NCBI GenBank assembly: GCA_964416925.1 | Contig: CAYQFQ010000005.1 | Span: forward strand, 1-36,715 | Length of the DNA: 36,715 nt | DNA from: an uncultured Candidatus Saccharibacteria bacterium | Lineage (GTDB): Bacteria; Patescibacteriota; Minisyncoccia; Phycocordibacterales; GWA1-40-21 | Direction of reading: 5' to 3' | Part shown: one piece after another, positions 33,454 to 36,715 of the stretch | Numbering within the stretch: position 1 is the first letter of the stretch | Layout: the number at the start of each line of letters is the position of its first letter | Notes under the pieces: model-generated | The model's input: the letters and a program-made list of their open reading frames with translations, nothing else | Told to the model about the DNA's origin: nothing | Databases searched by the model: none | Position numbers and translations under genes: made by a program

Positions 33454-33538
33454 CCCGAAAAAGATTTTGGCTTATGTAGAATTAAAGATTTTACAAGTAT
33501 CAACATTAGGTTGATACGTAAGCCAAAACTTTAACGGG
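33454..33538 (+). repeat. Extended nested hairpin immediately upstream of the SPFH gene
   Basis: The outer stems pair CCCG (33454-33457) with CGGG (33535-33538) and TTTTGGCTTA (33465-33474) with TAAGCCAAAA (33519-33528). The inner perfect 8-bp stem pairs GTATCAAC (33497-33504) with GTTGATAC (33510-33517). Confidence 0.6.
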
Positions 33539-33548
33539 TAAAAATCAT

Positions 33549-34289
33549 ATGTGGTATTTTATTTTTATAATTGTTTTCTTTTTAGTAATAACAAGTGTTC
33601 GACAGATTAATCAGTATGAGAGAGGAGTTAAATTTACACTTGGTAAATTTACTTCCATTATGGAACCAGGATGGAGAATTGTGTGGCCTATCTTTCAGTC
33701 TTTTCAGAGAGTAGATGTCAGAACTAAAGCTGTTGATGTTCCGGATCAAAACGCCATAACAAGAGACAATGTTTCGGTTAGAGTTAACGCAGTTATCTAT
33801 TATAAGGTTAGTAATGCAAATATGGCAATTATTGAAGTTGAAGATTTCAGATATGCAATATCTCAGTATGCTCAGACTACTATGAGAAATATTGTCGGAG
33901 AGGTAACCCTAGATGAACTTCTTTCAAGTAGAGATAAAATTGCAGATAGGATTAGGGAAATAGTTGATAAAGAGACAGATGCTTGGGGGTTAAAAGTTCA
34001 GAATGTAGAACTAAAAGATGTAAGTCTCCCTGCTGATATGGAGAGAACGATTGGTAAGCAAGCTGAAGCAGAAAGAGAAAAGAGGGCTGTGATTATAAAT
34101 TCCGAAGGAGAGCTTGCTGCATCTGAAAATATCTCTAAGGCAGCAGAGATGCTTGCAAAAACTCCAGGAGCATTGCATTTGAGAACGTTGCAATCAATTA
34201 ATGATATGGCTTCAGACCAGAGCAATACTGTTGTATATATGGTTCCTGTTGAAGCGCTAAAGGCTCTTGAGGGTTTTATAAAGAAATAG
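33549..34289 (+). CDS. SPFH/Band 7 (stomatin-like) protein
   Basis: It has an N-terminal TM segment followed by VRQINQYERGVKFTLGKF, DVPDQNAITRDNV, TLDELLSSRDKI and EAEREKRA. Confidence 0.9.
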   Translation: MWYFIFIIVFFLVITSVRQINQYERGVKFTLGKFTSIMEPGWRIVWPIFQSFQRVDVRTKAVDVPDQNAITRDNVSVRVNAVIYYKVSNANMAIIEVEDFRYAISQYAQTTMRNIVGEVTLDELLSSRDKIADRIREIVDKETDAWGLKVQNVELKDVSLPADMERTIGKQAEAEREKRAVIINSEGELAASENISKAAEMLAKTPGALHLRTLQSINDMASDQSNTVVYMVPVEALKALEGFIKK

Positions 34290-34291
34290 AT

Positions 34292-34540
34292 ATGGAAGAA
34301 GAAAAAAACTTAAAGTTAGATGAAATAAAATCTATCCTGAATGATATACTCAAGGTTTTAAAACCTACTCGTTATCAATTGTTTATTCAAGGTCTCTGGA
34401 GGGCAGTAGGATATCTTGTGGGTTTAATTGTGGCAATTGTAGTTATAGGTTGGCTCTTGAACATTTTGGGTTTCATTCCATTTTTGAGTAACATCACTGA
34501 GACTTTAAAAGAAATACTTGAAGCTGTTAAAGGGAGATAG
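34292..34540 (+). CDS. Small membrane protein, function unknown
   Basis: 82 aa with a hydrophobic core, GLWRAVGYLVGLIVAIVVIGWLLNILGFIPFL. It starts 2 nt after the SPFH gene. Confidence 0.6.
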   Translation: MEEEKNLKLDEIKSILNDILKVLKPTRYQLFIQGLWRAVGYLVGLIVAIVVIGWLLNILGFIPFLSNITETLKEILEAVKGR

Positions 34541-34551
34541 ATAATTATATT

Positions 34552-35262
34552 ATGCAAAAATTAATTTTTCTTGATACAGAGACAACCGGTAATGAAATAG
34601 GCAAAGATCGACTTTGTCAAATTTGTTATAAATACAACGGAAAGGTAAAAACAAATTACTTCAAACCGCCTGTTCCTATCTCTGTTAAAGCGATGAGTGT
34701 TACTCATATTACGAACAAGATGGTGGCCGACAAAGAAATATTTGCTGGCAGTGATACTGCGGAGGAATTACAATCATTACTCACTGACGGTATTCTCGTT
34801 GCTCATAATGCCAAGTTTGATATTGGCATGCTAGAAGCTGAAGGATTGTCCGTACCGAAATTTATTTGTACGTATAGAGTCTCAAGACATCTTGATGAAG
34901 AAGATAAAATCCCAGAATACAGTTTGCAGTTTTTGAGGTATTTTCTTGACCTTGATGTCTTAGGTGGTGCACATGATGCAGAAAGTGATGTTAATACTTT
35001 GTTTGCTTTGTTTGACAGACTACTGATAAAAATTAAAGAAAACGGTATGAGCGATAAAGATTCAATTGAAAAAATGGTAGAGATATCAAAGAATCCTGTA
35101 ATCTTTAAGAGATTTAACTTTGGAAAGCATAAAGGTAAAACTGTAGAGGAAATATCAAAAGAAGATAAAGGATATCTAGAATGGCTATTGAAAACAAAGC
35201 TTGAAGACGGAACTCAAGATGAAGATTGGATTTATACTTTAAAACATTATCTTGGAAAATAG
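34552..35262 (+). CDS. DEDDh 3'-5' exonuclease (DnaQ/ExoX-like) with DUF3820-like C-terminal domain
   Basis: ExoI is FLDTETTG, ExoII is VAHNAKFDIGML and ExoIII is HDAESDV. The C-terminus is FNFGKHKGKTVEEISKEDKGYLEWLL. Confidence 0.85.
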   Translation: MQKLIFLDTETTGNEIGKDRLCQICYKYNGKVKTNYFKPPVPISVKAMSVTHITNKMVADKEIFAGSDTAEELQSLLTDGILVAHNAKFDIGMLEAEGLSVPKFICTYRVSRHLDEEDKIPEYSLQFLRYFLDLDVLGGAHDAESDVNTLFALFDRLLIKIKENGMSDKDSIEKMVEISKNPVIFKRFNFGKHKGKTVEEISKEDKGYLEWLLKTKLEDGTQDEDWIYTLKHYLGK

Positions 35263-35265
35263 TTT

Positions 35266-35817
35266 ATGCATGGGAATCCTTTTTCATGCGAAGTGAAATA
35301 TAATTTAAAAAGAAGTAAAAGAGCAAAAAGAATGAGAATTGCCGTCTTTTGTGATGGACGAGTAGATGTTACTGTTCCAATATTTATAAAAGATAATATC
35401 GTAGATGAGTTTATAACTCAGAAAAAGAATTGGATATTAGATAAGGTTAATAATTTTCTTCAATATCCACAAAAAATGGTAGTGGTTAGAACAAAAAGAG
35501 ACTTCAAGAAATATAAAGATGAGGTATTAAATCTTGTGATAAATAGATTAAAACATTTTAACCAGTTTTATAACTACAAATACAATAGAGTAAGTGTTAA
35601 AAATCAAAAATCTAGGTGGGGAAGTTGTTCAAGAAAGGGAAACTTAAATTTTAATTACAAAATTCTCTTTTTGTCTGAGGAAGCTAGAGACTATATTATT
35701 GTTCACGAGCTATGTCACATTGAGGAATTTAACCATTCAAAGAATTTTTGGGATTTAGTGGAGAAAACAATACCAAACTTAATCGAAATTCGAAAAAGTC
35801 TCAAGATTTTTAGTTAA
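35266..35817 (+). CDS. YgjP/DUF45-type (M48-like) zinc metallopeptidase
   Basis: Contains YNLKRSKRAKRMRI, RWGSCS and the HExxH motif in IVHELCHIEEFNHSKNFW. Confidence 0.8.
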   Translation: MHGNPFSCEVKYNLKRSKRAKRMRIAVFCDGRVDVTVPIFIKDNIVDEFITQKKNWILDKVNNFLQYPQKMVVVRTKRDFKKYKDEVLNLVINRLKHFNQFYNYKYNRVSVKNQKSRWGSCSRKGNLNFNYKILFLSEEARDYIIVHELCHIEEFNHSKNFWDLVEKTIPNLIEIRKSLKIFS

Positions 35818-35911
35818 TTCTATTTTAAGCATGATGTTTGTATAATTCAGATAGATGTACATATTTTCTTATAGTCAAAGAAGATATTGTCGAATAATTC
35901 AAATTTAACTT

Positions 35912-36355
35912 ATGAAAATATCTAGCCAAGCTTTTAAAGATAATGAAAGAATGCCGAAAAAGTACACATGTGATGGAGAGAACATTAATCCACCACTTAA
36001 TATTTCTGGTGTACCCGAAAATGCAAAGAGCCTAGTGTTAATCATGGATGACCCAGATGCGCCAGATGGGACCTGGATTCATTGGGTGGTTTTTGATATC
36101 GACCCAAAGACTACGAGAATTGAAGAAGGTTCTATGCCAGTCGATGCGATAGAGGCAGAAAATAGTTCAGGAGAAGCAGATTACGAAGGCCCTTGTCCGC
36201 CATCTGGTACTCATAGGTATTATTTCAAGCTCTATGCCCTTGATACTAAAATAAATTTGAACGCAGCAGAAGAGAAGGCAAGAATAGATGAGGAGATGGA
36301 GGAACACATTTTGGATTATGCGGAGACCTATGGTGTGTATAGTCGCGAAAAGTAA
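35912..36355 (+). CDS. YbhB/YbcL-family PEBP (Raf kinase inhibitor-like) protein
   Basis: Contains YTCDGENINPPL, LIMDDPDAP, WIHWVVFDI and GPCPPSGTHRYYFKLYALD. Confidence 0.9.
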   Translation: MKISSQAFKDNERMPKKYTCDGENINPPLNISGVPENAKSLVLIMDDPDAPDGTWIHWVVFDIDPKTTRIEEGSMPVDAIEAENSSGEADYEGPCPPSGTHRYYFKLYALDTKINLNAAEEKARIDEEMEEHILDYAETYGVYSREK

Positions 36356-36444
36356 ATTTCGTTTGCTGTTGTGCTAAATGGGGTGTAGGTGGTTTATCAT
36401 GCTTGTTATTCATTTATATGACGCGACATATTAATCATAATTAT

Positions 36445-36466
36445 CCTTATATTATAAGGCTTTTTT
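36445..36466 (+). terminator. Weak candidate terminator
   Basis: Hairpin CCTTAT-att-ATAAGG followed by C and T6. The stem is only 6 bp and AT-rich. Confidence 0.35.
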
Positions 36467-36497
36467 GAGATATTAAATAATTAAATATATAAAACAC

Positions 36498-36525
36498 TTG
36501 ACAATTATGACAGATATGCTATACT
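36498..36525 (+). promoter_or_regulatory. Near-consensus sigma70-type promoter
   Basis: TTGACA (36498-36503), a 16-nt spacer, then TATACT (36520-36525). The downstream sequence is G+C-richer and has no long ORF up to the window end. Confidence 0.55.
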
Positions 36526-36715
36526 GGAAATTAGAAATCCTTATAGAGGTTATGTGCAAGAGATTTCCGCTAGGAGATTACGGTCAAAAAAGGCCATTTG
36601 CACGATATTGAACAAATTCGGCCCCAAAAGCCAAAACGGCGCCAGGAGGTTAAATGCGCAAGCACGAACGATTATGAGGCTTTGAGAATTCAACGCCAAA
36701 CAAAAAAAGTCTACG

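Overview
This is a 36.7-kb, gene-dense, strongly AT-rich window (19/60 G+C in nt 1-60 by hand count). Nearly all genes are on the + strand, gaps are short or overlapping, and most genes have no Shine-Dalgarno (SD) motif. My guess is a small-genome uncultivated bacterium, Patescibacteria/CPR-like. It uses the standard code, because TGA ends paralogs at homologous positions. I saw no rRNA, tRNA or CRISPR array.

The most interesting content:
1. A tandem operon (nt 9-9134) holds six paralogs, and a seventh lies at 13406-14503. Each is a very divergent helical N-domain followed by a conserved PEP-utilizer phosphohistidine swivel domain. None has the ATP-grasp or PEP/pyruvate TIM-barrel domain that normally accompanies it. 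An M20D amidohydrolase gene is embedded in the operon.
2. The surrounding genes also use phosphohistidine or phosphoryl-transfer chemistry: three histidine-phosphatase-superfamily proteins, a translationally coupled CYTH plus divergent NDK-like pair, and an orphan RhuM-histidine kinase fusion further on.
3. A two-gene cassette (large acidic/coiled-coil protein plus 89-aa partner) is duplicated. One copy carries an N-terminal histidine-phosphatase domain.
4. Several short G+C-rich single-gene islands have their own SD sites and terminators. They encode a histidine phosphatase, a membrane protein, a xylose-isomerase-like protein, a beta-barrel gene fragment next to an IS481-like element, and a small hypothetical protein. 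This pattern points to horizontal acquisition.

The rest is ordinary housekeeping or accessory content: ABC-F ATPase, GIY-YIG, two GT2 glycosyltransferases flanking a P-type ATPase, NUDIX, Psd, SPFH, DEDDh exonuclease, YgjP/M48, PEBP and VOC.

All functional calls rest on motifs read by eye. No database search was run.
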